Positions 48,117 to 57,953 of a DNA stretch of 64,000 nucleotides are shown in pieces. The position numbers and the translations under genes were made by a program. Source of the DNA: Alphaproteobacteria bacterium (GTDB lineage Bacteria > Pseudomonadota > Alphaproteobacteria > Methylaequorales > Methylaequoraceae); NCBI GenBank assembly GCA_045563055.1, contig JBJKUR010000008.1, positions 64,525-128,524 on the forward strand, given 5' to 3'. The number at the start of each line of letters is the position of its first letter. Position 1 is the stretch's first letter. The notes under the pieces were generated by a model that saw only the letters and a program-made list of their open reading frames with translations, was not told the origin of the DNA and did not search any database.

Positions 48117-48413
48117 TTTTTCTTTGCAAAATAATTGTTTGTGATCAAATTCAAGCTTTGGTTTAAGTGATTGATGATCAAATACTGGACAGATTTCTTT
48201 TGTTAAATTTGTCGGTTTAATTAGACTTGATAAATTTACTAAATCTTCAATTCTTATTAAAGTTTTCTTACAGTTAGATTTATAATGATCCTGAAGATTT
48301 GTTCTGTGTATCCATCCTACAGCTTTTTTTTTAAAGTAAATTGGGAAATAATCGGAGAGATCGTATGAATTTATTTGTCTTAAAAGGTCAATTGCTAAAT
48401 TTAAAGTTTTTTT

Positions 48414-50396
48414 TTAAGCATATTCTTCTTTAATAATAGAGGTAATTTGTTGCATTATTTGTTCAATTCTAAAATCTTTTGGTGTAAAAACCTTCTTTAC
48501 ACCAAAAGATTTTAACTTCTTTTCATCTGTTGGCGGTATAATTCCACCAACCACAACAGGGATTTTAGAGTAATGATTTTTTTTCAAAAGATTCATTATG
48601 ATTTTTACAAGATGTACGTGAGAACCTGAGAGTATAGATAAACCAATTATATGCACGCCCTCTTCAATTGCAGCCACAACTAGTTGCTCTGGGGTAGATC
48701 TAATTCCGTCATAAACTACTTCAAGACCAATGTCTCTTGCTCTAACAGCAATTTGCTCGGCTCCATTTGAGTGTCCATCTAGTCCAGGTTTTCCAACAAG
48801 CATTTTAGGTCGTCTTTTTAATTTTGCTGTAATCTGTTCAATCTCATTTTGAATATTTGAGATTTCTTTATTATTTGTCTTATTTTTTAAAATATTTGAG
48901 GAAACAATTCCTGTAGGTGCTCTGTATTCTCCAAATACATCTCTCATAACGTTTGACCACTCTCCTGTCGTAACTCCTTCGTGTGCACATTTTACAGAAA
49001 TTTCCATAATATTTTTACCTGCTGATGCATCATGCCTTAGTTCCTTTAAACATGATTGAATTTTTTTATTATTTCTTCTAGCTTTCCATCTTAGCACATT
49101 ATCGATTTGCTTTTTTTCAGCTTTATCATCTACCTTCATAAAACCGCCGTCTTTTTCATTAACTAATGGTGAATGCTCTCCCTCTTCAAAACAATTAACG
49201 CCGACAACCATTTGATCTCCATTCTCAATATTTTTTTGTCTATTAGTTTGAGATTCAACTAATCTACTTTTTAAATAACCGTTTTCAATTGCTGAAATCA
49301 AACCTCCAATCTTATCAATTTTTTTAAGTTCACTATTAGCTGATTTTTTCAAATATCTGATCTTATCTTTCAAAACTCTAGATCCTTGAAAAATGTCAGA
49401 AAATTCTAATAAGTCTGTTTCATAAGCCATAATTTGTTGAAGGCGAAGACTCCACTGTTGATCCCATGGTCTTGGAAGACCAAGAGCTTCGTTCCAGGCA
49501 GGAAGTTGTACTGCTCGAGCTCTTGAATTTTTGGCAATTATGACTGGTAGCATTTGGATTAAGATTCTATAAACATTGTTTTCAGGTTGTAGCTCCGTCA
49601 AACCAAGCGAGTTTACTTGCATCCCATACCTAAAGCGGCGAAATTTTGGATCTTTAATCTTAAACCTTTTTATACAAATTTCCTCCCATAGCTCTGTAAA
49701 AGAGGCCATTTTTGCAGTTTCTGTAACGAAACGCATACCAGAGTTAACAAAAAAACTGATTCTTCCCACTATTTTTTCAAATAAAGATTCTTCAATTTTT
49801 TCTGAGTTATAAAGATATTCTAGTACGCCGATAGCTGTGGCAAGTGCAAACGATAGTTCTTGTTCGGGTGTAGCTCCTGCTTCTTGAAGATGATAAGAAC
49901 AAATATTGATAGGGTTCCATTTTGGTATTTCATTCGTAGTATATTTTATTACGTCTGTAGTAAGTTTTAGACTGGGTTCGGGTGGAAAAATGTAAGTGCC
50001 TCTAGATAAGTATTCTTTTGTAATATCATTTTGGGTGGTTCCTGATAAAAGGCTTTTCTTAACTCCTTGTTTTTCAGCTGTAGCAACATAAAGAGCCAAT
50101 AACCAGGGTGCAGGAGCGTTGATAGTCATTGAAGTATTCATTTTGTCTAGTGGTATGTTTCTAAACAATGTCTCCATATTACCTATATGACTTATTGGAA
50201 CACCAACCTTTCCAACTTCACCTTTAGAAAGAATGTGATCTGAGTCATATCCGGTTTGGGTTGGCAAATCAAAAGCTACAGATAACCCTGTCTGACCTTT
50301 CTTTAAATTTTCTCTATACAAATTATTAGAAGCCTCAGCTGAGGAATGCCCAGCATAAGTTCTAATCATCCATGGTTTATCTTTTTCTTTGTTCAT
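48414..50396 (-). CDS. ecm: ethylmalonyl-CoA mutase (MeaA/Ecm-type, single-chain adenosylcobalamin-dependent acyl-CoA mutase)
   Basis: PWMIRTYAGHSSAEASNNLYRENLKKGQTGLSVAFDLPTQTGYDSDH is the RTYAGHS/DLPTQTGYD variant typical of MeaA, not MCM. The fused C-terminal B12 domain carries GLDGHSNG (DxHxxG). 660 aa. Confidence 0.8.
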   Translation of the reverse strand: MNKEKDKPWMIRTYAGHSSAEASNNLYRENLKKGQTGLSVAFDLPTQTGYDSDHILSKGEVGKVGVPISHIGNMETLFRNIPLDKMNTSMTINAPAPWLLALYVATAEKQGVKKSLLSGTTQNDITKEYLSRGTYIFPPEPSLKLTTDVIKYTTNEIPKWNPINICSYHLQEAGATPEQELSFALATAIGVLEYLYNSEKIEESLFEKIVGRISFFVNSGMRFVTETAKMASFTELWEEICIKRFKIKDPKFRRFRYGMQVNSLGLTELQPENNVYRILIQMLPVIIAKNSRARAVQLPAWNEALGLPRPWDQQWSLRLQQIMAYETDLLEFSDIFQGSRVLKDKIRYLKKSANSELKKIDKIGGLISAIENGYLKSRLVESQTNRQKNIENGDQMVVGVNCFEEGEHSPLVNEKDGGFMKVDDKAEKKQIDNVLRWKARRNNKKIQSCLKELRHDASAGKNIMEISVKCAHEGVTTGEWSNVMRDVFGEYRAPTGIVSSNILKNKTNNKEISNIQNEIEQITAKLKRRPKMLVGKPGLDGHSNGAEQIAVRARDIGLEVVYDGIRSTPEQLVVAAIEEGVHIIGLSILSGSHVHLVKIIMNLLKKNHYSKIPVVVGGIIPPTDEKKLKSFGVKKVFTPKDFRIEQIMQQITSIIKEEYA

Positions 50397-50498
50397 TTAA
50401 GGTCATAAATAATATTATTTTTTATAGCTAACAAGAAAATTCTGTGTATTTATATAATTTTCGTGATATATATCTTTTAAATTATCATAGGAAGAGTC

Positions 50499-51728
50499 GT
50501 GACTGCAAAGAAAATTTACGAGATTGGTGAGATTCCTAATTTAGGTGATATTCCTGAGGAAATGTATGCTTGGGTTATCAGGGAAGATAGACTTGGAGTG
50601 CCTGAAAAGGCAATGCAGATAGAAAAAATGCCTATCCAAATGCCAGGAAAAGACGAAGTTTTAGTTATGGTTATGGCTGTGGGCATTAATTACAATAATG
50701 TCTGGGCTTCTCAGGGAATACCAATATCTGTAATTGGAAAAGATACTGGTTACCATATTGGAGGGTCAGATGCATCAGGAATAGTTTGGGCTGTTGGAGA
50801 AAATGTTAAAAGATGGAAAGTAGGTGACGAAGTTATAATTCATTGTAATCGTGATGACGGAGATGATGAGGAATGTAATGGTGGAGAACCCATGTACTCT
50901 AAATCACAAAAAATCTGGGGATATGAGACAAATGACGGTTCTTTCGCACAATTCACCACTGTTCAATCAAGGCAACTATTACAAAAACCAAAACACTTAT
51001 CTTGGGAAGAAAGTGGTTGTTACACCTTAACATTAGCTACAGCGTTTAGAATGCTGTTTGGTCACCCACCTCACTCGTTAAAAACCGGCATGAATGTGCT
51101 TGTTTGGGGTGCTTCTGGTGGAATTGGAAGTATGGCTGTGCAAATTTGCAAGGCAGTTGGTGCTAATGCAATAGGAGTAATTTCAGATGATGATAAGATT
51201 CCATTTGTTGAAAAACTTGGTGCAAAAGGAGTTTTAAATAGAAAAAAATATGATTGTTTTGGACAGTTACCTGATGTTAAAAGTCAGAAAGAGTATTCTG
51301 AGTTCATAAAAAAATGTAGAGTATTGGGTAAAGATATTTGGGAAATTACTGGTAAAAAAGACGTTGATATTGTTTTTGAACATCCAGGTGAATCAACATT
51401 TCCAGTATCCTGCTATTTGGTGAAAACAGGAGGTATGGTCGTTATTTGTGCAGGAACATCTGGCTATAATCTAACAATGGATGCTCGGTATGTGTGGATG
51501 AGACAGAAAAGAATTCAGGGTAGTCATTTTGCAAACCTCTATCAAGCAAACCAAGCGAACGAGATGATGATCAATAGACTCATTGATCCTTTAATGTCAG
51601 AATGCTTTTCTTGGGATAATATTCCTGCAGCGCACATGAAAATGATGGATAATAAACATCTACCTGGAAATATGGCGGCACTAGTCCAGGCAAAAAATAC
51701 TGGAATGAAAAGCCTTAATGAATTATAA
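50499..51728 (+). CDS. ccr: crotonyl-CoA carboxylase/reductase
   Basis: IYEIGEIPNLGDIPEEMYAWVIREDRLGVPEKAMQIE..VLVMVMAVGINYNNVWA closely follows the Ccr N-terminus. MDR fold with GASGGIGSMAVQ. GTG start preceded by AGGAAGAG. Confidence 0.85.
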   Translation: MTAKKIYEIGEIPNLGDIPEEMYAWVIREDRLGVPEKAMQIEKMPIQMPGKDEVLVMVMAVGINYNNVWASQGIPISVIGKDTGYHIGGSDASGIVWAVGENVKRWKVGDEVIIHCNRDDGDDEECNGGEPMYSKSQKIWGYETNDGSFAQFTTVQSRQLLQKPKHLSWEESGCYTLTLATAFRMLFGHPPHSLKTGMNVLVWGASGGIGSMAVQICKAVGANAIGVISDDDKIPFVEKLGAKGVLNRKKYDCFGQLPDVKSQKEYSEFIKKCRVLGKDIWEITGKKDVDIVFEHPGESTFPVSCYLVKTGGMVVICAGTSGYNLTMDARYVWMRQKRIQGSHFANLYQANQANEMMINRLIDPLMSECFSWDNIPAAHMKMMDNKHLPGNMAALVQAKNTGMKSLNEL

Positions 51729-51771
51729 ATAAACTTGAATTAATAATTTTTGATATTAAATTAACAACACA

Positions 51772-53457
51772 ATGGACAGTTCATCAAACATAAATTCCGA
51801 GATAGTCAATTTTAAACAATATATTGTCTCTAATAAGGAATCATTTAATAAAATTTTGTCTAGTATTGAGAAAATATCTGAAAAATCGAAAATATATCTT
51901 AAATCTGTTCTTACCAAAGATGAAAGAATAGATAATAATCTTCTAGAGTTATATCAGTTTCAAACCCACGGCTATGCATGGTTTGAAACCTATAAAATAA
52001 GTTTGAGGGAAACTTTAAACTGGTATCTTAAGCTTGAGGAACAAGAGAAATGCTCAGAGATCGATGCATCTATAACTATATTTGCATTCGCTGAATATAT
52101 TACACAAATGAGAGATGGAATAATGATGAGCCAGTCAGAAATCATCAGGCCAAGCCAGATAGGTATTGATAAGAGTGACTTTGATTTTATGGATGAACCT
52201 TCAATACAGGAAATCATTAATATAGGTTTATCCGACAAGATAAAAAAAGTTATTGTCGATTCTCTGGATAATGGAATATTTGCTAATCTTGGTTTAAATG
52301 ATGAAACTTTAGAAATGATACAAGATCAATTCAATAAATTTACTGAAGAAGAGATAATACCGTTTGCCAACGAGTGGCATTTGAAGGATGAATTAATTCC
52401 CGATACTACACTGGAAAAGATGGCTGACCTTGGAGTTTTCAGTATTGCTATACCTGAGAATTATGGTGGGTTAGGAATGGGTAAAGTTGCAATGTGTGTT
52501 GTTACAGAGGAACTCTCAAGGGGTTTTCTTGCTGCGGGTTCATTAGGTACGAGAGCAGAAATTGCTGGCGAATTAATTAGACTCGGAGGAACAGAAGATC
52601 AGAAAAATAAATATCTACCTGATATTGCATCTGGTAAAATTCTTACTACTGCGGTCTTTACTGAACCAAACACCGGCTCCGATCTTGGGAGCCTATCGAC
52701 TAGAGCGTCACTTAATGACCAAGAGTATACAATAACCGGAAATAAAACTTGGATTACACACGGAGCTAGATCAGACTTAATGACAGTTTTAGCCAGAACT
52801 GATATGAACCAGAAAGGGTATAAAGGTCTTAGCATGTTCTTAGTAGATAAGCCTCGCGGTAATTGTAGCAACCCTTTCCCAATGGATGGTATGTCAGGAA
52901 GTGAGATTGAGGTTTTAGGTTACAGAGGTATGAAAGAATACGAGATAGCTCTTGATGACATAAAAGTTAATAAAAAACAATTACTTGGAGAAGAAGAGGG
53001 TAAGGGTTTTAAACAGCTTATGGAAACTTTTGAATCTGCAAGAATCCAAACAGCTGCGAGAGCTGTTGGCGTTGCACAAAGTGCACTAGAGCTAGCTCTA
53101 CAGTATGCCAAAGATAGAAGTCAGTTTGGTAAACAGATTATTAATTTTCCAAGAATCTTTTCTAAACTAGCTTGGATGGCAATGGAGACCACCGTTGCTA
53201 GACAAATAACCTTATTTTCAGCTAGAGAAAAAGACAATGATGCAAGGTGTGATATAGAAGCAGGAATGGCCAAGCTGCTAGCAGCTAGAGTCGCATGGAG
53301 CAGTTCAGATAGTGCTCTTCAGATTCATGGAGGCAATGGATATGCCTTAGAGTATCCGGTGAGTCGTGTCTTATGTGATTCTAGAATTTTAAATATTTTT
53401 GAAGGTGCAGCTGAAATACAAGCGCAGATAATTGTCAAGGGTTTATTAGTTCGGTAA
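51772..53457 (+). CDS. mcd: acyl-CoA dehydrogenase with roughly 180-aa N-terminal extension, consistent with (2S)-methylsuccinyl-CoA dehydrogenase
   Basis: ACAD core (..FTEPNTGSDL.., ..WITHG.., ..IFEGAAEIQ..) preceded by a long extra domain. 561 aa total. Sits next to ccr/ecm and etfBA. Confidence 0.65.
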   Translation: MDSSSNINSEIVNFKQYIVSNKESFNKILSSIEKISEKSKIYLKSVLTKDERIDNNLLELYQFQTHGYAWFETYKISLRETLNWYLKLEEQEKCSEIDASITIFAFAEYITQMRDGIMMSQSEIIRPSQIGIDKSDFDFMDEPSIQEIINIGLSDKIKKVIVDSLDNGIFANLGLNDETLEMIQDQFNKFTEEEIIPFANEWHLKDELIPDTTLEKMADLGVFSIAIPENYGGLGMGKVAMCVVTEELSRGFLAAGSLGTRAEIAGELIRLGGTEDQKNKYLPDIASGKILTTAVFTEPNTGSDLGSLSTRASLNDQEYTITGNKTWITHGARSDLMTVLARTDMNQKGYKGLSMFLVDKPRGNCSNPFPMDGMSGSEIEVLGYRGMKEYEIALDDIKVNKKQLLGEEEGKGFKQLMETFESARIQTAARAVGVAQSALELALQYAKDRSQFGKQIINFPRIFSKLAWMAMETTVARQITLFSAREKDNDARCDIEAGMAKLLAARVAWSSSDSALQIHGGNGYALEYPVSRVLCDSRILNIFEGAAEIQAQIIVKGLLVR

Positions 53458-53651
53458 TGGAAGCAGCCTTAAACTTCATAATTGTAATCTGTTTAATCAC
53501 AACGTTTATAATACTTATGATAGGTCTACTTCACACAGCCAAATCTGGTGATGAAAATAATAATAAGATTAATCTTTTTATGCGCTACAGGGTGCTCATA
53601 CAGTTTATAACCCTAATAATTTTGACAGTAGCTCTTTTCTTAAAGTCTTAA
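53457..53651 (+). CDS. twin-transmembrane-helix small protein (HIG1-domain-like)
   Basis: 64 aa with two TM helices joined by ..NLFMRYRVLIQ.., the N-x-x-M-R-x-R-V motif of the alphaproteobacterial HIG1-type family. The start overlaps the mcd stop (TAATG). Confidence 0.55.
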   Translation: MEAALNFIIVICLITTFIILMIGLLHTAKSGDENNNKINLFMRYRVLIQFITLIILTVALFLKS

Positions 53652-53654
53652 ATT

Positions 53655-54203
53655 TTGGTTAAACTTGATAAAATTTATACTAGAGGTGGAGATAAAGGGC
53701 TGACAAGTCTAGGTGATGGATCAAGGATAGAGAAAAGTAATATTAGAATCCAAGCTTACGGTGATATAGATGAAGCTAACTCCTCTATTGGCATCTCAGC
53801 TGCTCATAGTTCCAGAAAAATAAAGAAGATGCTTTTAAAGATCCAGAATGATTTATTCGACGTTGGAGCCGACTTATGTTTTCCTGAAAAAAAAAAAAGA
53901 ACGTTAACAATTCCAATCGACAGCATAGATATATTAGAAAAGGAAATTGATGAAATGAATCTTAGCCTCAATAAATTAGAGTCCTTTATATTACCAGGAG
54001 GAAACAAAGCATCATCATTTCTTCACTTGTCAAGGTCACTAGTAAGACGTGCAGAAAGGTCAATAGTTGAATTGAATAAAAAAGAAGATGTTAACCCAGA
54101 TATTTTGAAATATGTAAACAGATTATCAGACTTTCTTTTTGTTGCGGCAAGGTTTGAGAATAGGCAGGATGGTGATATACTTTGGGTCCCGAATAAGAAC
54201 TAA
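53655..54203 (+). CDS. ATP:cob(I)alamin adenosyltransferase, PduO type
   Basis: KIYTRGGDKGLTSLGDGSR..K is the PduO-type N-terminal motif, with ..FILPGG.. later. TTG start. Confidence 0.85.
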   Translation: MVKLDKIYTRGGDKGLTSLGDGSRIEKSNIRIQAYGDIDEANSSIGISAAHSSRKIKKMLLKIQNDLFDVGADLCFPEKKKRTLTIPIDSIDILEKEIDEMNLSLNKLESFILPGGNKASSFLHLSRSLVRRAERSIVELNKKEDVNPDILKYVNRLSDFLFVAARFENRQDGDILWVPNKN

Positions 54204-54217
54204 TTTAGGAATTTGAT

Positions 54218-54973
54218 ATGAAAGCTTTAGTATGTGTTAAAAGAGTTATCGACTACAATGTAAAAATAAGAGTTAAGTCAGATAAATCTGGAGTTGAAAC
54301 AGAGAATGTAAAAATGTCTATGAACCCTTTCGACGAAATTGCTGTCGAAGAGGCAGTGAGAATGAAAGAAAAAAAACAACTTGACGAAATCATAATTTTA
54401 TCCATCGGTTCTGAGAAATCTCAAGAAACGATACGATCAGGTTTAGCCATGGGTGGAGATAGAGGCATATTAATTAAGTCTGATAACGATCAGCTAGAGC
54501 CATTAAATGTAGCAAAATTAATTAAAAAGATTTGCGAAAAAGAAAGTCCTGATCTATTAGTATTGGGGAAGCAAGCCATAGATGATGATTGTAATCAAAC
54601 AGGGCAAATTTTGGCAACATTGCTAAACATTCCTCAAGCAACCTTTGCTTCAAAATTAGTTAAAAATGATGACGGAACAATTGACGTTACTAGAGAAGTC
54701 GATGGTGGCCTTGAAACTATAAGAGTCAAAACACCTTGTGTTATAACAACTGATCTGCGTTTAAATGAACCAAGATATGCATCTCTACCTAACATAATGA
54801 AAGCTAAACAGAAAAAGATTGAAACGCTTGACATCAATGCTCTTGGTATCGATATTAAAAATAGACTTGAAGTAATTGAAGTCAACGAACCTCCAGAAAG
54901 AAAACCTGGAATAAAGGTCGAAGACGTTGATTCTCTTGTCGAGAAATTAAAAAATGAGGCAAAAATTTTATGA
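54218..54973 (+). CDS. etfB: electron transfer flavoprotein beta subunit
   Basis: [19 protein letters not shown].., ..[13 protein letters not shown].. and ..[17 protein letters not shown]... Confidence 0.9.
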   Translation: MKALVCVKRVIDYNVKIRVKSDKSGVETENVKMSMNPFDEIAVEEAVRMKEKKQLDEIIILSIGSEKSQETIRSGLAMGGDRGILIKSDNDQLEPLNVAKLIKKICEKESPDLLVLGKQAIDDDCNQTGQILATLLNIPQATFASKLVKNDDGTIDVTREVDGGLETIRVKTPCVITTDLRLNEPRYASLPNIMKAKQKKIETLDINALGIDIKNRLEVIEVNEPPERKPGIKVEDVDSLVEKLKNEAKIL

Positions 54974-55905
54974 AGATACTTGTTATTATTGAACATGATA
55001 ATGTTTCCGTTAAACAATCAAGTTTTTCAACAATCGCAGCAGCAGCACAGATTGGCGAATCAATCGAAGCCATAGTTTTAGGGTATGGAATCAGCAGAGC
55101 ACTTGATCAACTAAAATCATCTGATAAATTAAACAAAATCTATTCATTAGATAATGAAATTTTTAAAGATCCAATTGCAGAAAATATTAGTCGAGCCATT
55201 CACAAGTTCATCGAGGGGAAGGGATACACTCATATTTTGTCTCCTTCAACTACATTTGGTAAAAATCTATCTCCAAAGATATCTGCTTTTCTGGATGTCC
55301 AACAAATATCTGATATAACAAAAGTTATTTCTTCTGATACATTTGAAAGACCAATTTACGCAGGAAACGCAATTGCAAAAATTAAATCAAATGATTCAGT
55401 AAAAGTTATCACAGTAAGATCAACTTGTTTTGAACCTGTAACTTGTTCTTCCGAAGTAGATGTAGAAAACCTTAAATTAGAAAGCAATAAAGATAGCTTT
55501 GTAGATTTTGTTACTTATGATCAATCAAAATCTGATCGTCCAGAACTTACTAGTGCCAAAATCGTTATATCTGGTGGAAGAGGAATGCAAAATGGTGACA
55601 ATTTTAAGTTATTAGAGGGTATAGCTGACAAACTTGGTGCTGCGATGGGGGCAAGTAGAGCAGCAGTGGATGCTGGTTTTGTCCCTAATGATTGGCAGGT
55701 TGGACAAACAGGAAAAATTGTAGCTCCAGATCTATATATTGCAGTAGGAATATCCGGCGCAATTCAACACATAGCTGGGATAAAAGATTCAAAATTTATA
55801 GCTTGCATAAATAAAGACGAAGAAGCGCCAATATTTAACTTTTCTGATTATGGTTTGGTTGGAGACCTCTTTGATGTTTTACCTAAACTCGAAGAAAAAT
55901 TATAA
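54970..55905 (+). CDS. etfA: electron transfer flavoprotein alpha subunit
   Basis: ..VISGGRG.., ..[41 protein letters not shown].. FAD-binding signature. Confidence 0.9.
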   Translation: MKILVIIEHDNVSVKQSSFSTIAAAAQIGESIEAIVLGYGISRALDQLKSSDKLNKIYSLDNEIFKDPIAENISRAIHKFIEGKGYTHILSPSTTFGKNLSPKISAFLDVQQISDITKVISSDTFERPIYAGNAIAKIKSNDSVKVITVRSTCFEPVTCSSEVDVENLKLESNKDSFVDFVTYDQSKSDRPELTSAKIVISGGRGMQNGDNFKLLEGIADKLGAAMGASRAAVDAGFVPNDWQVGQTGKIVAPDLYIAVGISGAIQHIAGIKDSKFIACINKDEEAPIFNFSDYGLVGDLFDVLPKLEEKL

Positions 55906-56409
55906 GAGTTTTTTAATCTCTAGGATAACTGGTTTGTCAAGCCAGTCTATGTAGCCTTCAACTCTTCCAATTTCTATCAGTTCTTTATTCATTATTAGAG
56001 TCGTAGGCATAATCCTTATATCATTATTTTCCGAGAACTTTAGGTGTCTATCTGAGATTATGAGGATATCTGGAAATTTATATTTTTTTTTAAACTTAGG
56101 GATAACTTTCTTTGGATTGTTATCTACAGATATATAAATAACTTTTATATCATCTTTAAATTTATTTTCTAATTCTATTAGGTGTGGAATTTCCTTGATA
56201 CATGGAGGACACCAAGTTGCCCAAAAATTTAATAAATAAATTTTTTTCTGAGTAGTTATATCTGACAAGTTTACAATATTGCCATCAAGAGTTTCAAGTG
56301 GTGTGATATTTATTTTTTTTTCTTGATTATTTAATAATAGTTGATTGTTCTCATATGAATGAGATAGATTTGATACTATAAAAAAAAGTATAAAGTAAAT
56401 ATTTCGCAT
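55900..56409 (-). CDS. TlpA-family periplasmic thiol:disulfide oxidoreductase
   Basis: Signal anchor plus LLNFWATWCPPCIKEIP (thioredoxin-fold WCxxC). Confidence 0.8.
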   Translation of the reverse strand: MRNIYFILFFIVSNLSHSYENNQLLLNNQEKKINITPLETLDGNIVNLSDITTQKKIYLLNFWATWCPPCIKEIPHLIELENKFKDDIKVIYISVDNNPKKVIPKFKKKYKFPDILIISDRHLKFSENNDIRIMPTTLIMNKELIEIGRVEGYIDWLDKPVILEIKKLL

Positions 56410-56427
56410 ATTATCATTATAACATAG

Positions 56428-57819
56428 ATGAAAAAAACAACAAATTTAGTTTGGGGAGGGAGATTCGAAAAGTCATCTTCGAAACTTCTTAAAGAGATTA
56501 ACAATTCGATAGGTTTTGATTACCAATTAGCAATTGAGGATATTCATCTATGTAATTGTTATGCTTCAGCACTTTTTGAAAGTGACATCCTTAATTCAAA
56601 TGAATTTAAAAAGATTAAGCACGGGCTTAATGAAATTTTAAATGAAGTAAAAAGTGGAAAATTTAAGTATTCAGATGAATTCGAAGACATACATATGAAT
56701 ATTGAAATGGCTTTAAAAAAAAAAATAGGAAAGTTAGCTGGTAAAATCCACACTGGAAAATCGAGGAATGACCAAGTTGTAACTGATTTCAAATTGTGGA
56801 TAAAAAATAAGTTAAAAATAATTATACTAAAGATTAATAATATTCAGACTTCTATAATTAAACAATCTGAAATTAATTTAAAAGTTATTATGCCAGGGTT
56901 TACACACTCTCAAAATGCTCAGCCGATCTTGTACTCGCATTATTTAATGTCTTTTTTTGAAATGTTTGAAAGAGATAAGAGGAGAGCAAAACAATTGTTT
57001 GAGAATATGGATGAATGCCCGCTTGGTTCAGGAGCAATTGCTGGAACAAACTTCTATGAAATCGACAGACATAGTCTGGCGAAAGCTTTAGGTTTTAAAA
57101 AACCAACAGAAAACTCTCTTGACAGTATTTCTGATAGAGACTTTGTAATTGAATTTCTTAGCATGATTTCTATTTTAAGTATGCATTTTTCACGAATGTC
57201 TGAGGATTTCATTACGTGGTCGAGTAGTGCTTACAACTTTTTAAGATTTCCTGATACATTATGTACGGGATCTTCCATAATGCCACAAAAAAAAAATCCA
57301 GACGCAGCAGAATTGGTTAGATCAAAATGTGCTAGAGTATATTCATCCCTTCTTAATTTACTAGTTATTCAGAAGGGCTTGCCAAGTGGTTATAGTAAAG
57401 ATCTTCAAGAAGACAAAGAACCGGTATTTGACGCATATAAAACAGTAGAAATTCTTTTAGATATCGTAAACGAGATGATAAACTCTATAAAAATAAATAA
57501 AAATAATATGTATGAGTTGGCTAACAAGGGCTTTACTACAGCTACAGACTTGGCTGACTGGCTTGTTAAAAATACAAATTTAACATTTAGAGAAGCACAT
57601 CAAAAAACAGGAAAAATTGTTCTTTTAGCAGAAAAAAAAAATAAGTTATTAAGTCAATTATCATTAGATGATTTAAAATTAATTGAGCCAAAAATTAACA
57701 ATAAAATTTATGAGTATCTATCTATTGAGAGTTCTGTTTCTAAGAAACAGTCGTATGGAGGAACAGACTTCAATCAAGTTAAAAAAGCCATAAATAGAGC
57801 AAAGAAAAAAATAAAATAA
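56428..57819 (+). CDS. argH: argininosuccinate lyase
   Basis: LWGGRFEKSSSKLL.., ..HTGKSRNDQV.. and the fumarate-lyase signature GSSIMPQKKNPD. Confidence 0.9.
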   Translation: MKKTTNLVWGGRFEKSSSKLLKEINNSIGFDYQLAIEDIHLCNCYASALFESDILNSNEFKKIKHGLNEILNEVKSGKFKYSDEFEDIHMNIEMALKKKIGKLAGKIHTGKSRNDQVVTDFKLWIKNKLKIIILKINNIQTSIIKQSEINLKVIMPGFTHSQNAQPILYSHYLMSFFEMFERDKRRAKQLFENMDECPLGSGAIAGTNFYEIDRHSLAKALGFKKPTENSLDSISDRDFVIEFLSMISILSMHFSRMSEDFITWSSSAYNFLRFPDTLCTGSSIMPQKKNPDAAELVRSKCARVYSSLLNLLVIQKGLPSGYSKDLQEDKEPVFDAYKTVEILLDIVNEMINSIKINKNNMYELANKGFTTATDLADWLVKNTNLTFREAHQKTGKIVLLAEKKNKLLSQLSLDDLKLIEPKINNKIYEYLSIESSVSKKQSYGGTDFNQVKKAINRAKKKIK

Positions 57820-57821
57820 CC

Positions 57822-57953
57822 ATGAATAATTTTTACAGATTCTGGCTTTTAATAATTATCCTAATAACTTCTATATCATGTGGAAAGAAATCTATTTTAG
57901 AAAGATATCCGGATAGCGACTTTCCAAGAGATTATCCTGTTCAAAATGATTAA
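57822..57953 (+). CDS. small lipoprotein (43 aa), below ORF-track cutoff (LptM/YifL-like position before lysA)
   Basis: Hand translation: MNNFYRFWLLIIILITSISCGKKSILERYPDSDFPRDYPVQND. Lipobox S-I-S-C. Fills the argH-lysA gap and overlaps the lysA start by 8 nt. Confidence 0.5.
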   Translation: MNNFYRFWLLIIILITSISCGKKSILERYPDSDFPRDYPVQND

